Assembly: GCA_963748015.1 (NCBI GenBank)
Contig: CAVVHE010000009.1
Location: 128,001 to 192,000 of the forward strand
Source: Terriglobia bacterium
GTDB taxonomy: Bacteria > Acidobacteriota > Polarisedimenticolia > Polarisedimenticolales > JAIQFR01
Length of the DNA stretch: 64,000 nucleotides
Direction of reading: 5' to 3'
This document shows positions 38,107 through 49,070 of the stretch, in pieces (position 1 is the stretch's first letter; every line of letters starts with the position of its first letter). The notes beneath the pieces are model-generated. The model was given only the letters and a program-made list of their open reading frames with translations, had not been told where the DNA came from and did no database searches. The position numbers and the translations under genes were made by a program.

Positions 38107-39735
38107 ATGACACTGACCCGAGGCTGCGTGCTTGCCGCCCTGCTCCTGGCGGTGGCGCCCGTCGCGGCCCAAGACGTCCCGGTGGTGGAGCGCACCCTCT
38201 CCAACGGCATGCGCCTCGTGATGGTGGAGCGCCACGAGCAGCCCACCATCGCCTTCGGCTGGCTGGCGCGTGTCGGAAGCGCCAACGAGCGCCCCGGCAT
38301 GACCGGCATGGCGCACCTCTTCGAGCACATGATGTTCAAGGGGACGACGACGATCGGCACGCGCGACGCCCGCCGCGACGCCGAGCTGAACGTCCGGCAG
38401 GACGAGGTCCAGGTGAAGATCCGCGAGGAGATGTCGGTCCTGCGCGAGAAACAGCGCCGGGGCGAGATCGCGGACATGATGGACCCCAAGGCCCGCACGC
38501 CGCGGTTGCAGGAGGCGCTCGACGAGTTCGACCGCCTCGTGAAGGACCAGCGCGAGCTCATCGTCAAGGACGAGATGGACAAGATCTACACGCAGGCGGG
38601 GGGCACCGGCCTCAACGCGAGCACGAGCGAGGACCGGACCTTCTACATCGTGAGCCTCCCCTCGAACAAGCTCGAGCTGTGGATGTGGATCGAGTCCGAC
38701 CGGCTGGCGAACCCGGTGTTCCGCGAGTTCTACAGCGAGCGCAACGTGATCCTGGAGGAGCGCCGCCAGACCCTCGAGTCGCGTCCGGGCGGCACCGTGA
38801 ACGAGGCCTTCAACGCGATGACGTGGATGGCGAGCCCCTACCACTGGGAGGTCATCGGCTGGCCGAGCGACATCTCCCAGGTGACCCGGGAGCAGGCCAA
38901 CGAGTTCTTCGCGACCTACTACGCCCCCAACAACATCACCGCGATCCTCGTCGGCGACTTCAACCCCGACGCCGCCTACGCGATGGCCGAGAAGTACCTC
39001 GGCCGCATCCCGAAGAACCCGAAGGGCGTGCCCGAGGTGATCACGCTCGAGCCCAAGCAGCCGGCCGAGCAGCGCATGGTCGCCGAGGTGGAGACCACGC
39101 CGTCCCTGCAGGTCGCGTTCAAGACGGTACCGTCCGTGCACAAGGACGCCCCCGCCCTCCAGGCCCTCGCCGGCATCCTGGGCGGCACGCCGATGTTCAT
39201 GGGACGGCCCGGCGGGCCCGGCGGCGGCATGCGGCCGCCCACCGGCCGCCTCAACAAGGCGCTCGTGCTCGACCAGAAGGTCGCCACCAACGCGTCCGCG
39301 TCCGCGCGCGGGATGAAGATGGGCGGCACCTTCGAGTTCCGGGTGACGCCCACGCAGGGGAAGAGCCCCGCGGAGCTCGAGCCCGCGCTCCAGGCCGAGA
39401 TCGACAAGGTCATCAAGGACGGCGTCACCGACGACGAGCTCGAGCGCTTCAAGAAGGCGACCCTCGTCGGCCTCTACGGCAGACTCGAGACCAACACCGG
39501 CATCCGCGAGACCCTGTCCCAGTTCCTCACGGTGGGGACGGTCCAGGACTTCAAGGACTCCTTGCCGCGCGTCCAGGCCGTGACCCGCGAGGACGTGCAG
39601 CGCGTGGCGAAGCAGTACCTGGTCAAGGACGGCCGCAACGTGCTGACCACCACCCGGAAGGGAGGCGGCGGCAGGCCGCCCGAGGGCATGCGGGGGCCGC
39701 GCCCGCCCGCCGCGATCGAGAAGGAGGCGAAGTGA
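38107..39735 (+). CDS. M16 (pitrilysin/insulinase) family peptidase, catalytic subunit
   Basis: HLFEH inverted zinc motif, NASTS.D.T, ERNVILEER. Confidence 0.92.
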   Translation: MTLTRGCVLAALLLAVAPVAAQDVPVVERTLSNGMRLVMVERHEQPTIAFGWLARVGSANERPGMTGMAHLFEHMMFKGTTTIGTRDARRDAELNVRQDEVQVKIREEMSVLREKQRRGEIADMMDPKARTPRLQEALDEFDRLVKDQRELIVKDEMDKIYTQAGGTGLNASTSEDRTFYIVSLPSNKLELWMWIESDRLANPVFREFYSERNVILEERRQTLESRPGGTVNEAFNAMTWMASPYHWEVIGWPSDISQVTREQANEFFATYYAPNNITAILVGDFNPDAAYAMAEKYLGRIPKNPKGVPEVITLEPKQPAEQRMVAEVETTPSLQVAFKTVPSVHKDAPALQALAGILGGTPMFMGRPGGPGGGMRPPTGRLNKALVLDQKVATNASASARGMKMGGTFEFRVTPTQGKSPAELEPALQAEIDKVIKDGVTDDELERFKKATLVGLYGRLETNTGIRETLSQFLTVGTVQDFKDSLPRVQAVTREDVQRVAKQYLVKDGRNVLTTTRKGGGGRPPEGMRGPRPPAAIEKEAK

Positions 39736-41216
39736 TGATCCGCCGAGTTGCGTTGACGATTCTCCTCGGGACGGCGACCGCCTTCGCCCAGACGATCCCC
39801 GACCGGCCGGAGAAGCTGCAGTTCTCGCCCATCAAGTTCGAGACGCCGCGGGCGAAGGAGTTCAAGGCCAAGCTGAAGAACGGCATCCCCGCCTACGTCG
39901 CGCCCAACGCCAAGGAGGGCACGCCCCTCGTGCGCGTCACCGTCTCCTGGCGGGGCGGCTCCTACCTCGACCCGAAGGGGAAGGAAGGCGTCGCCGCGCT
40001 CTTCGGCTCGCAGCTCGTGCAGGGCGGGACCGCGAAGCTCGAGTCCGCCAAGCTCGAGGACCGCCTCGAGGCCCTGGCCGCGACGCTCACCAGCTCCTGC
40101 ACGGACACGAGCTGCAACGTCTCCCTCCAGGTGCTGGACAAGGACCTGCCGGAAGGGCTCGACCTGATGATGCAGGCGCTCACGCAGCCCGCCTTCGCCC
40201 AGGAGCGCCTCGACCTCGCGAAGCGCCAGGCCCGCCAGCGGGTCAGCCGGCGCAACGACGACGTGACGTCGATCGCCAGCTACCAGATGGGGTACCTGCT
40301 CTTCGGCGAGAGCCACTTCGCGAGCGCCGGCGACACCGTCGCCAGCCTGGAAGGGATCACGCGCGACGACCTCCTGGCCTTCCACGCGCGCGAGCTGCAC
40401 CCGGGCAACATGATCGTGGCCGCCGCGGGGCAGTTCGACCGCAAGGCGATGATCGAGGCCCTCGACAAGACCCTCGGAACGCTCAAGCCCGGCAAGGACG
40501 CGCGGGTCAGCCCCGCCGTCCCCGCTCCCGACTTCCCCAGAACGCCCGGCATCTACGTCACCGACAAGGCGGACGCGCCGCAGGCCATGGTCCGCTGGTC
40601 GTTCCCCGGCATGCGTCGCACCGATCCCGACTGGTACGCCGCCTTCGTCACGAACCAGATCCTCGGCGGCCGCGGGTTCACGAGCCGGCTCATGAAGAAG
40701 ATCCGTTCCGACGAGGGGCTCACCTACGGCGTGTATTCCAACATCGAGCCGGGCACGTACTGGCGCGGCGACGTCAACGGGAGCCTCCAGACCAAGAACC
40801 GGTCGGTCGCCTACGCGCTGCGGCTCGCGCTCGGCGAGATCAAGAAGCTGAAGGAGCAGCCGGTCACGGAGGACGAGCTGCGCGTCAACAAGGAGGGGAT
40901 CGTCGAGGCGTTCCCCAGCCAGTGGGCCACGAGGCAGGCCGTCGCGAACCGCTTCGCGGACGAGGCGCGGGAGGGCTGGCCCGAGGACTGGTGGGCGAAC
41001 TACCGCGAGAAGATCCAGGCCGTCACCCCCGCCGACGTGCAGCGGATGGCGAAGAAGCTCTTCGACACCGAGAAGATGGTGATCCTCGTCGTGGGCAAGG
41101 CCTCGGAGATCGAGCCCGGCGACACGGACCACCCGGGCGCCCTCAAGGACGTGGCGCCGCTGCCGGAGAAGGCCGTGGCGCTCCGCGACCCGGCGACCCT
41201 CAAACCGATCCCGTGA
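39735..41216 (+). CDS. M16 family peptidase, non-catalytic partner subunit
   Basis: LGG.GFTSRL..IRSDEGLTYGV; no HxxEH. Confidence 0.88.
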   Translation: MIRRVALTILLGTATAFAQTIPDRPEKLQFSPIKFETPRAKEFKAKLKNGIPAYVAPNAKEGTPLVRVTVSWRGGSYLDPKGKEGVAALFGSQLVQGGTAKLESAKLEDRLEALAATLTSSCTDTSCNVSLQVLDKDLPEGLDLMMQALTQPAFAQERLDLAKRQARQRVSRRNDDVTSIASYQMGYLLFGESHFASAGDTVASLEGITRDDLLAFHARELHPGNMIVAAAGQFDRKAMIEALDKTLGTLKPGKDARVSPAVPAPDFPRTPGIYVTDKADAPQAMVRWSFPGMRRTDPDWYAAFVTNQILGGRGFTSRLMKKIRSDEGLTYGVYSNIEPGTYWRGDVNGSLQTKNRSVAYALRLALGEIKKLKEQPVTEDELRVNKEGIVEAFPSQWATRQAVANRFADEAREGWPEDWWANYREKIQAVTPADVQRMAKKLFDTEKMVILVVGKASEIEPGDTDHPGALKDVAPLPEKAVALRDPATLKPIP

Positions 41217-41296
41217 AACGGAGCGACTCTACTGGCTGAAGAACTCCTCTGCCGCCCGAGTGCCTGCGTGAGGCGCTCGGGCGAGCAGGTCATCCG

Positions 41297-42766
41297 TCAA
41301 GCGAACAGCGGGGCCTGGGCGCGCGACGCCCCGGAGTATCTGCCCTCCGCGAAGGCGTCGGCGTCGCTCGCCTCGCCGGTCCAGCAGTAGGTGCACAGCT
41401 TCTCGCGGGGGAGGCCGATCGCCGCGATCATGTCGGGCAGGGTCTGGTAGCGGAGGGTGGTCAGGCCGAGCCGGCCGCGGATGCTCTCGACCATCGCCGC
41501 GTACTCCCGCGTGCCGGCGTCGGAGTAGACGGCCAGGTCGCGCCCCGCGTCCCCCCCGATCTCCGCGATGGCCCGCCGGCCGGCGAGGTCCATCTCCGAC
41601 CGGGAGCGGGAGAAGTTGAGGAACTTGCACCCGCACACGAGCGGGGGACAGGCGGGCCGCATGTGGACCTCGCGGGCGCCCAGCTCGAAGATCCGCCGGA
41701 TGACGTCCTTGAGCTGCGTGCCGCGGACGATGGAGTCCTCGCAGAAGAGGAGTCTCTTTCCCTCGATGTGCGCCCGAATCGGGATCAGCTTCATCCGGGC
41801 CACCAGGTCCCGGACCCGCTGGTCCTGCGGCATGAAGCTCCGCGGCCAGGTGGGGGTGTACTTCACGAACGGGCGCCGGTAGGGGACGCCCGCCTCGGAG
41901 GCGTAGCCGATCGCGTGGCCGATCCCGGAATCCGGGATGCCGGCCACGAGATCCACCTCCACGTCGTCGGCGCGAGCGAGGGCGGCGCCGCAGCGGTTGC
42001 GGGCTGCCTCCACGTTGATCCCCTCGTAGTCCGACGCGGGATACCCGTAGTAGATCCAGAGGAACGAGCAGATCTGCATGCGCTCGCCGGGGGGCGAAAG
42101 CTGTTCCGCGCCCTCGGCCGTGATCCGGACGATCTCGGCGGGGCCGAGTTCCCGGTCCACCTCGTAGTCGAGGTTGGGCAGGGCGCAGGTTTCGAGCGTC
42201 ACCGCGGTCGAGCCGTCCTTCCGGCCAACGACTACGGGGGTCCGTCCGAGGCGGTCGCGGGCGGCGTAGATGCCGTGGTCGGTGAGAAGCAGGACCGAGC
42301 AGGACCCCTCCACCTGCTCCTGAACCCGCCTGAGCCCCTCGACCAGCGTGTCCTGCTGGTCGATCAGGCTCGCGACGACCTCGGTCTGGTTGAACTCGTT
42401 CCTCTTGAACTCGCTGAAGTGGGTTCCGTAGCCGTTCAAGACCGACTTCGCGAGCTTCTGGACGTTGTTGACGCGGCCCACGGTGACGATGGCGTAGGCC
42501 CCGTGGCGGGAAGCGATCATCAGCGGCTGGTCCTCGTAGTCGCTGATCACCCCGATGCCCATGCCGCCGCGATACTTCGGGAGATCCTCCTCGAACTTGG
42601 TGCGGAAGGGCGTGTTCGTGATGTCGTGGATGTTCCGCTTGAAGCCGTCCCGGTTCTTGACCACCAGCCCGCCGCGGGACGTGCCCAGGTGGGAGTGGTA
42701 GTCGGTCCCGTAGAACAGGTCGGCGACACAGTCGTCCTTGGAGGCGACCCCGAAGAATCCGCCCAT
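41297..42766 (-). CDS. purF: Amidophosphoribosyltransferase (PurF-like, lacking the N-terminal Cys)
   Basis: Ntn fold plus PRT loop EDSIVRGT, C.F.WIY, PDSG, C.YCW; N-terminus MGGFFG. Confidence 0.85.
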   Translation of the reverse strand: MGGFFGVASKDDCVADLFYGTDYHSHLGTSRGGLVVKNRDGFKRNIHDITNTPFRTKFEEDLPKYRGGMGIGVISDYEDQPLMIASRHGAYAIVTVGRVNNVQKLAKSVLNGYGTHFSEFKRNEFNQTEVVASLIDQQDTLVEGLRRVQEQVEGSCSVLLLTDHGIYAARDRLGRTPVVVGRKDGSTAVTLETCALPNLDYEVDRELGPAEIVRITAEGAEQLSPPGERMQICSFLWIYYGYPASDYEGINVEAARNRCGAALARADDVEVDLVAGIPDSGIGHAIGYASEAGVPYRRPFVKYTPTWPRSFMPQDQRVRDLVARMKLIPIRAHIEGKRLLFCEDSIVRGTQLKDVIRRIFELGAREVHMRPACPPLVCGCKFLNFSRSRSEMDLAGRRAIAEIGGDAGRDLAVYSDAGTREYAAMVESIRGRLGLTTLRYQTLPDMIAAIGLPREKLCTYCWTGEASDADAFAEGRYSGASRAQAPLFA

Positions 42767-42983
42767 CTTCCTCTCCCTCTCCTTCCGGTCCTCGACGGAC
42801 CCCTGGAGAAGCCTTGGAGCAGCACGACGCTGCGGGGGGTGAAGTGACTTCTAGTCCTGTGCAGGCCGTCGTGTCAAGCGCGCGGGGCCCGTGGGCTCTT
42901 GACACGGACGATGCCTCCCTGCAGCTTGGGGGTCCCCGCGACAGGCGACAACCACCGCGGAGGCTCACGAAGGGGTCGATGCC

Positions 42984-43983
42984 ATGAACCGTCACGCGCT
43001 CCTCTTTCTCTCTCGTCGTTCTCCCCGGCTTCGCTCCGGAGGCCCGGGCGCAGTCCACGCCCCCGCCGGCTCCGACACCCGCCCCCGCCGCCAAGACCAT
43101 GGCCGAGGTGCTCGCGGCGTCGAAGCCGTCCGACTGGCGCTCTCTCGACCCCGAGAACACCCTCTACCTCGAGCTCCAGGCGGGCAGGGTCGTGATCGAG
43201 CTCGCGCCCGCGTTCGCCCCGAAGCACGCGGCCAACGTCCGGGCCCTGGCGCGAGAGGGCTACTTCGACGGCCTCTCGATCCTCCGCTCGCAGGACAACT
43301 ACGTGGTCCAGTGGGGCGATCCCGACGGAGACGATGCGGAAAAGCGGCGGCCGATCCGCAAGGCGCGGCGAACGCTCGCGCCGGAATTCGACCGGGCCGC
43401 AAGCGACGACCTGCCGTTCACGCGGCTGCCGGACGGGGACGTCTATGCTCCCGAGGTCGGCTTCTCGGAGGGGTTTCCCGCGGCGCGCGACCCGAAGGCG
43501 GGACGCGCGTGGCTCGCGCACTGCTACGGCATGCTCGGGGCGGGACGCGGCATGGAGGCGGACAGCGGCGGTGGCGCCGAGCTCTACGTGGTGATCGGCC
43601 ACGCGCCCCGCCACCTGGACCGGAACGTGACCCTCCTCGGTCGGGTCGTGCAAGGGATCGAGCTTCTCTCGACCTTGCCCCGCGGCACGGGTGCGATGGG
43701 TTTCCACGAGAAGCCCGAGCAGCGCCTGCCCGTGAAATCGGTGCGCGTCGCTTCCGACGTGCCCGAAGCCGCGCGGACGAATCTCGAGATCCTGCGGACC
43801 GGCACCCCCACCTTCCTGGCGCTGGTCGACGCGCGCCGCAACCGCCGCGAGGAGTGGTTCAAGAACCCCACCGGGCACATCGACCTGTGCAACGTCCCGA
43901 TCGTGGTCCGACCGCGTTCGACGCCGAGCCCGCACCCGGCTCGCGGTGGCGGAGAATCGAATCTCGAGGGAGCTGGACGCTAA
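42984..43983 (+). CDS. Cyclophilin-type peptidyl-prolyl isomerase; signal peptide separated by a frameshift near 43010
   Basis: [30 protein letters not shown]. Confidence 0.75.
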
Positions 43984-44026
43984 CGTCGGGTAGGTCTAAG
44001 TTGTGGCCCGTTGCTGGAGGGGTCTA

Positions 44027-46027
44027 GTGTCGGTCCTCGTCCTGGCCATCGTCGTTCTCGCCGTCAGCGGGATGGCCGCCCTGCTCGCGGCGCGCTCGCC
44101 TCGGCTCGCGGCCGTGGTCGGGGTCGCGGGAGCCGTTGCAGGTTCCCTGCTGGGTCTCCTCGCCGCGGGCCGGTTCATCGTTCTCGGGTCGGGGAGCGAG
44201 ACACTGGTCAGGGCGTGGGCGGTTCCCGGCGGATCGTTCGCGTTGCGGCTCGACGCCTTGAGCGCGCTGTTCCTCGTCCCGACGTTCCTCCTGGGCGGGC
44301 TGTGCGCGATCTACGGCCACGAGTACCTCTCCGCCAGCCACATGGCGCCGCGCTCCGGTCGCGCGTGGTTCTTCTTCAACATCCTGCTGGGGGCCATCGC
44401 CGTCGTTTTCGTCGCGGGGAACGCCGTGCTGTTCCTCGTGAGCTGGGAGCTCATGGCGGTCTCCTCGTTCTTCCTCGTGACGTTGGAGGACGAGGAGGAG
44501 CAGGTCAGGCAGGCCGGCTGGACTTATCTGGTCGCGAGCCACCTCGGGACGGCGTTTCTGATCGCCCTGTTCGCCTTGCTCGCCACGCGGGCGGGCTCGC
44601 TCGATTTCCTTGCGTTCGAGGCCGTTGCGGGCGGCGGCGGAGCCCGGACGGGCCTGTTCTTCGCTCTGGCGCTCGTCGGCTTCGGCGTGAAGGCGGGCCT
44701 CATGCCCCTGCACGTGTGGCTTCCCGAGGCCCACCCGGCCGCCCCGAGCCACGTGTCGGCGCTGATGTCGGGCGTGATGATCAAGACGGGCGTCTACGGC
44801 ATCGCCCGGACGCTCGGGTTCCTCGGCCCCCCCGCCCCCTGGTGGGGCTGGGTGCTGATCGGAGTCGGTGCCGTCTCGGGGTTGGGGGGAGTGATCTTCG
44901 CTCTGGCGCAGCACGACCTCAAGCGGCTGCTCGCGTACTCCAGCGTGGAGAACGTCGGGATCATCACGATGGGACTCGGCGTCGGCGTGCTCGGAGTTTC
45001 CTCGGGATCTCCGGCGCTCGCGGCCTTCGGTTTCGCGGGTGCCCTGCTCCACGTGGTGAACCACGCGATCTTCAAGGGGCTCCTGTTCCTCGGGGCCGGC
45101 GCCGTCCTCACGGCGACGGGGACGCGGAACATCGAACGGCTCGGAGGGCTGCTGCGCCTCGCTCCCTGGACGGGTGTGACGTTCCTCGTCGGGGCCGCCG
45201 CGATCTCGGGGCTCCCGCCTCTCAACGGGTTCGTGAGCGAGTTCCTCATCCTGATCGGGGCCATGAAGGGCGTGGCGACGCTTCCGGCAGGAGTTGCGGT
45301 ATCCCTGCTGATCGTCGTCGCCGCCATGGCGTTGATCGGGGGGCTCGCGGTCGCGTGTTTCGCGAGGGCCTTCGGGATCGTCTTCCTGGGGACTCCGCGC
45401 GTGTCTCTTCCCGAGAGAGCGACGGACCCGGGCCTGCTCATGAAAGTCCCCCTCGTGCTTCTCGCGGCGGCCTGTCCCACCATCGGCTTTCTGTCCCCCT
45501 GGGTCGTGCCGCGGCTCGGCGCGAGCGTGGGGAGGTTGCAGGCTGTATCGGAGGCCGCCGCCCGCGGGGTCCTGGATGACGCGGGGACGTGGCTCGCGGG
45601 GTTCGCCGCCTGTGCGGCGTTGGTTCTCGCGGTCGCGCTCCTGCTCGCGCTCCTACGGAAGCGGTTGCTCGCCTCTCGTGACATGCGCGAGGCGGCAACC
45701 TGGGACTGCGGCTACGCCGCACCGACGGCCCGGATGCAGTACACGGCGTCTTCCTTCGCCGATCCGTTGACCCGTCTCTTCCAGCCGGTGCTCAGGACGC
45801 ACGGCCGCACCGCGCTTCCCCCCGGCCTCTTTCCCCGGGACGCCTCGTTCCAGACGGAAACGCCCGACGCCGCCCGCCAGCAGCTCTACGCTCCTCTATT
45901 CGCGGCAGCCCAGCGTGCAGCGTCGCGCGTTCGTGGGATGCAACAAGGCCGCCTCCAGCTCTACGTCCTCTACGTGGCGCTGACGCTCGTGGCCCTCCTC
46001 TTCTGGGAGCTGGGGTGGAACCGATGA
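44027..46027 (+). CDS. hyfB: HyfB/NuoL-like antiporter subunit of an Ehr complex
   Basis: WELM, KAG..PLHVWLPEAHPAAPS.VSALMSG, LLAYSSVEN, WDCGY. Confidence 0.85.
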   Translation: MSVLVLAIVVLAVSGMAALLAARSPRLAAVVGVAGAVAGSLLGLLAAGRFIVLGSGSETLVRAWAVPGGSFALRLDALSALFLVPTFLLGGLCAIYGHEYLSASHMAPRSGRAWFFFNILLGAIAVVFVAGNAVLFLVSWELMAVSSFFLVTLEDEEEQVRQAGWTYLVASHLGTAFLIALFALLATRAGSLDFLAFEAVAGGGGARTGLFFALALVGFGVKAGLMPLHVWLPEAHPAAPSHVSALMSGVMIKTGVYGIARTLGFLGPPAPWWGWVLIGVGAVSGLGGVIFALAQHDLKRLLAYSSVENVGIITMGLGVGVLGVSSGSPALAAFGFAGALLHVVNHAIFKGLLFLGAGAVLTATGTRNIERLGGLLRLAPWTGVTFLVGAAAISGLPPLNGFVSEFLILIGAMKGVATLPAGVAVSLLIVVAAMALIGGLAVACFARAFGIVFLGTPRVSLPERATDPGLLMKVPLVLLAAACPTIGFLSPWVVPRLGASVGRLQAVSEAAARGVLDDAGTWLAGFAACAALVLAVALLLALLRKRLLASRDMREAATWDCGYAAPTARMQYTASSFADPLTRLFQPVLRTHGRTALPPGLFPRDASFQTETPDAARQQLYAPLFAAAQRAASRVRGMQQGRLQLYVLYVALTLVALLFWELGWNR

Positions 46028-46935
46028 AGGCCTGGTCCGTTGTCCACGCCGTCCTGGCCATCGTCGCCGCTCCGCTCCTTCCGGGGATCATCCAGCGCAT
46101 CAAGGCGTGGTTCGCCGGCCGCTCGGGACCACCGCTCCTGCAGCCCTACAGAGACATGGCCCGGCTCCTCAGGAAGGGGGCCGTGTTCAGCCGCACCACC
46201 ACCTGGGTCTTTCGCGCCGCGGGTCCCGTCGTCCTCGCGACGACGCTGGGCGCCTTGACGCTGCTGCCGGCCGGCGGGATTCCGGCGCTCCTGCCGTTTC
46301 ACGGAGACTTCCTACTCCTCGTGTACCTCCTGGCGTTGGGCCGCTTCGCCTCGATTCTGGCCGCGCTCGACACGGGTTCGAGCTTCGAGGGGATGGGGGC
46401 GAGCCGCGAGGCGGCCTTCGGCGCCCTGGCCGAGCCCGCGGTGCTCCTCGGCCTCGCCGCCGCGATCCGCGCAACCGGCGAGCTGTCTCTGACGGGGATC
46501 ACCGCGTCCGCGGGATCGGGAGGCTGGAAGGCGTCGAGCCCGGCCCTGCTGCTCGTCGTCGTCTCGATGCTCGCCGTGTTCCTGGCGGAGAACGCGCGGA
46601 TCCCCGTGGACGATCCGAACACCCATCTCGAGCTCACGATGATCCACGAGGTGATGATCCTCGATCATTCGGGACCCGACCTGGCGTTGCTCGAGTACGC
46701 CGCGGCGCTGAAGCTGTGGGTGTTCGGCGGGCTGATCGTCGGCCTGGCGGTGCCCGCGCGGGCCGACAGCCCCATGGTGAGCCTGGCGGCGTTCCTGGCG
46801 GGGATGCTGGTGCTGGCGGTGCTGGTCGGCGCGATCGAGTCCAGCCTCGCGAGGTTGAGGCTCTTCCGCATCCCCCAGTTCCTCGTCGGCGCGGCGGCGG
46901 CTTCCGCCCTCGCCCTCGTTCTCTTGTTGAGGTAA
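46024..46935 (+). CDS. hyfC: HyfC/NuoH-like membrane subunit
   Basis: GPPLLQPY.D, LDTGSSFEGMGASRE, HLELTMIHE. Confidence 0.88.
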   Translation: MKAWSVVHAVLAIVAAPLLPGIIQRIKAWFAGRSGPPLLQPYRDMARLLRKGAVFSRTTTWVFRAAGPVVLATTLGALTLLPAGGIPALLPFHGDFLLLVYLLALGRFASILAALDTGSSFEGMGASREAAFGALAEPAVLLGLAAAIRATGELSLTGITASAGSGGWKASSPALLLVVVSMLAVFLAENARIPVDDPNTHLELTMIHEVMILDHSGPDLALLEYAAALKLWVFGGLIVGLAVPARADSPMVSLAAFLAGMLVLAVLVGAIESSLARLRLFRIPQFLVGAAAASALALVLLLR

Positions 46936-46938
46936 GAC

Positions 46939-47583
46939 GTGACACTCTGGCTCGACGCGCTGATGGTGCTGGCGATCTGCACGAGCCTGAGGCTTCTCGG
47001 TTCGAGCCGCCTCGGCTCTTCGATCCGGACCGTCGCCGTCCAGGGCGCCATCCTGGGTCTCGTTCCGGTCGCGGCGAATCCCTGGGGCGTCCCCGCGCGT
47101 CTGATCCTATTGACGGCCGCCGCGGTGGGGCTGAAGGCCGTCGTGTTTCCGTGGCTGCTCTTTCGCGCTCTGCGCGGCGCCAAGGTGCGGCGGGAGGTGG
47201 AGCCCTTCGTGGGCTACACCAGCTCGCTGATGATCGGCGTGCTCGTGCTGATCGCCTCCTTCTGGGTCGGCTCGCGCCTGCACTTGCCGGGCGAGCCCGC
47301 CTCCTCCCTCCTCGTTCCGGTGGCGCTCTCCACGATTCTCGTCGGCCTCTTCCTCATCGTCAGCCGGAAGAAGGCGCTCAGCCAGGTCCTCGGCTACCTC
47401 GTGTTCGAGAACGGCATCTTCGTTTTCGGGGTCGGCGCGGCCTACGAAGCGCCCTTTCTCGTCGAGATGGGGGTGCTCCTCGACGTCTTCGTGGCCGTGT
47501 TCGTCATGGGGATCGCGATCTTCCACATCAGCCGCGAGTTCGATTCGATCGACACGACGCGGCTCGAGACGCTGAGGGACTGA
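46939..47583 (+). CDS. hyfE: HyfE-like membrane subunit
   Basis: QVLGYLVFENGI, EMGVLLDV motifs. Confidence 0.85.
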   Translation: MTLWLDALMVLAICTSLRLLGSSRLGSSIRTVAVQGAILGLVPVAANPWGVPARLILLTAAAVGLKAVVFPWLLFRALRGAKVRREVEPFVGYTSSLMIGVLVLIASFWVGSRLHLPGEPASSLLVPVALSTILVGLFLIVSRKKALSQVLGYLVFENGIFVFGVGAAYEAPFLVEMGVLLDVFVAVFVMGIAIFHISREFDSIDTTRLETLRD

Positions 47584-47589
47584 CCGGCC

Positions 47590-49066
47590 ATGATCCTCTG
47601 GCTCCTGGTCGTTCCGGTCGTCGCGGGCCTCCTCGCGTTCGCTCCGACCGTCGCCCCGCTTCGCCGGATCCTGCTCGTGACCGCGGCGACGATTCACGCG
47701 GGCCTCGTGGTCGCGACCTGGGTCCGCCCCACGGCGCCGAGGTGGAACGGGATGCTCGCGCTCGACGCGGCGGGACAGCTCTTCCTGACGATCACGAGCC
47801 TGCTGTTCCTGGCGGTCGCCTTGTACGTCGCCGGGTATCTCGGCCGGGAGGCGAGGGGCGAGCGGGAGGACTTCAAGGAGGAGTTCCTGTTCTCGAACGC
47901 GCCGGAGGCCGTCTTCGTCGGCTGCCTCCTGCTGTTCCTCGCTGCGATGACGGTCGTGACCCTGAGCCAGCACTTCGGGTTGACCTGGGTCGGGATCGAG
48001 GCCACGACGCTCGTGAGCGCGCCGCTGATCTACTTCCACCGCCACCACCGTTCCCTCGAGGCCACCTGGAAGTACCTGATGATCTGCTCGGTCGGCATCG
48101 GCTTGGCACTGCTCGGCAACTTCTTTCTCGCCATCGCGGCAACGCGACCCGACGGTAGCGCGACACCACTTCTCCTTCGCTGACCTCTTGGCGTCGGCCG
48201 GCACCCTGGAGACGGGCTGGCTCCGGCTCGCGTTCATCCTCCTGCTGGTCGGGTACGGGACCAAGATGGGGCTGGCGCCGCTCCACACCTGGCTGCCCGA
48301 CGCGCACAGCGAATCGCCGTCCGCCGTGTCCGCGCTCCTTTCGGGGGCGCTGCTCAACTGCGCTTTCCTGGGCATCCTTCGGGGCGTGCAGGTCTGCGCC
48401 GCAGCCGGTCTCGCGGAGTTCGCGGGCTCGCTGCTGACCGCCTTCGGTCTCCTCTCGATGGCGGTGGCGGCGGCTTTCCTGACGATGCCGGCGGACTACA
48501 AGCGCATGCTGGCCTACTCGAGCGTCGAGCACATGGGGATCCTCGCGCTCGGGGTCGGGATCGGCGGCGCGGGAACCTACGGAGCGATGTTCCACGCCGT
48601 CAACCACTCCGTCACGAAGGCCATGCTCTTCCTGCTGGCGGGAAATGTCCTGGGCGCCTACCGGACGAAAGCGGTCGCCGAGGTGCGTGGGGTCGTTCGC
48701 GTCCTTCCGGTCTCGGGCTGGCTGTGGGTGGCGGGCCTCTTCGCGATCACCGGCACGCCGCCGTTCTCGCTCTTCCTGAGCGAGTTCCTGATCGCCAGGG
48801 CCGCCATCGACGCGGGCCGCGGGCTGCTGGCGGCGGTGTTCCTCGCCCTTCTGGGATGGATCTTCGCCGTGATGGCCCGCACCATGCTCGTCATGGCCCA
48901 AGGCGTACCGCGTTCCGGGACCGGCCTGCCCTCGCGGCCCGAGCCGTTCCTCGCCGTGCTCTCGCCGGTCGCGCTGGCCGTCGCGGCTCTTCTGTTGGGC
49001 CTCTATGTCCCGGGGCCGCTCCACTCGACACTCCGTCACGCGGCCGCCATCTTCGGGAGGCCGTGA
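47590..49066 (+). pseudogene. hyfF: HyfF-like antiporter subunit with one +1 frameshift near 48175 (real or sequencing error)
   Basis: ORFs 47590-48183 and 48188-49066 are consecutive halves (EATWKY..; GYGTKMGLAPLHTWLPDAH). Confidence 0.75.
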
Positions 49067-49070
49067 CGCC

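Noticed and set aside
42767..42900. Riboswitch upstream of purF
   Set aside because: Some pairing potential, but no recognisable purine, ZTP, PRPP or glutamine aptamer consensus; would need an Rfam scan.
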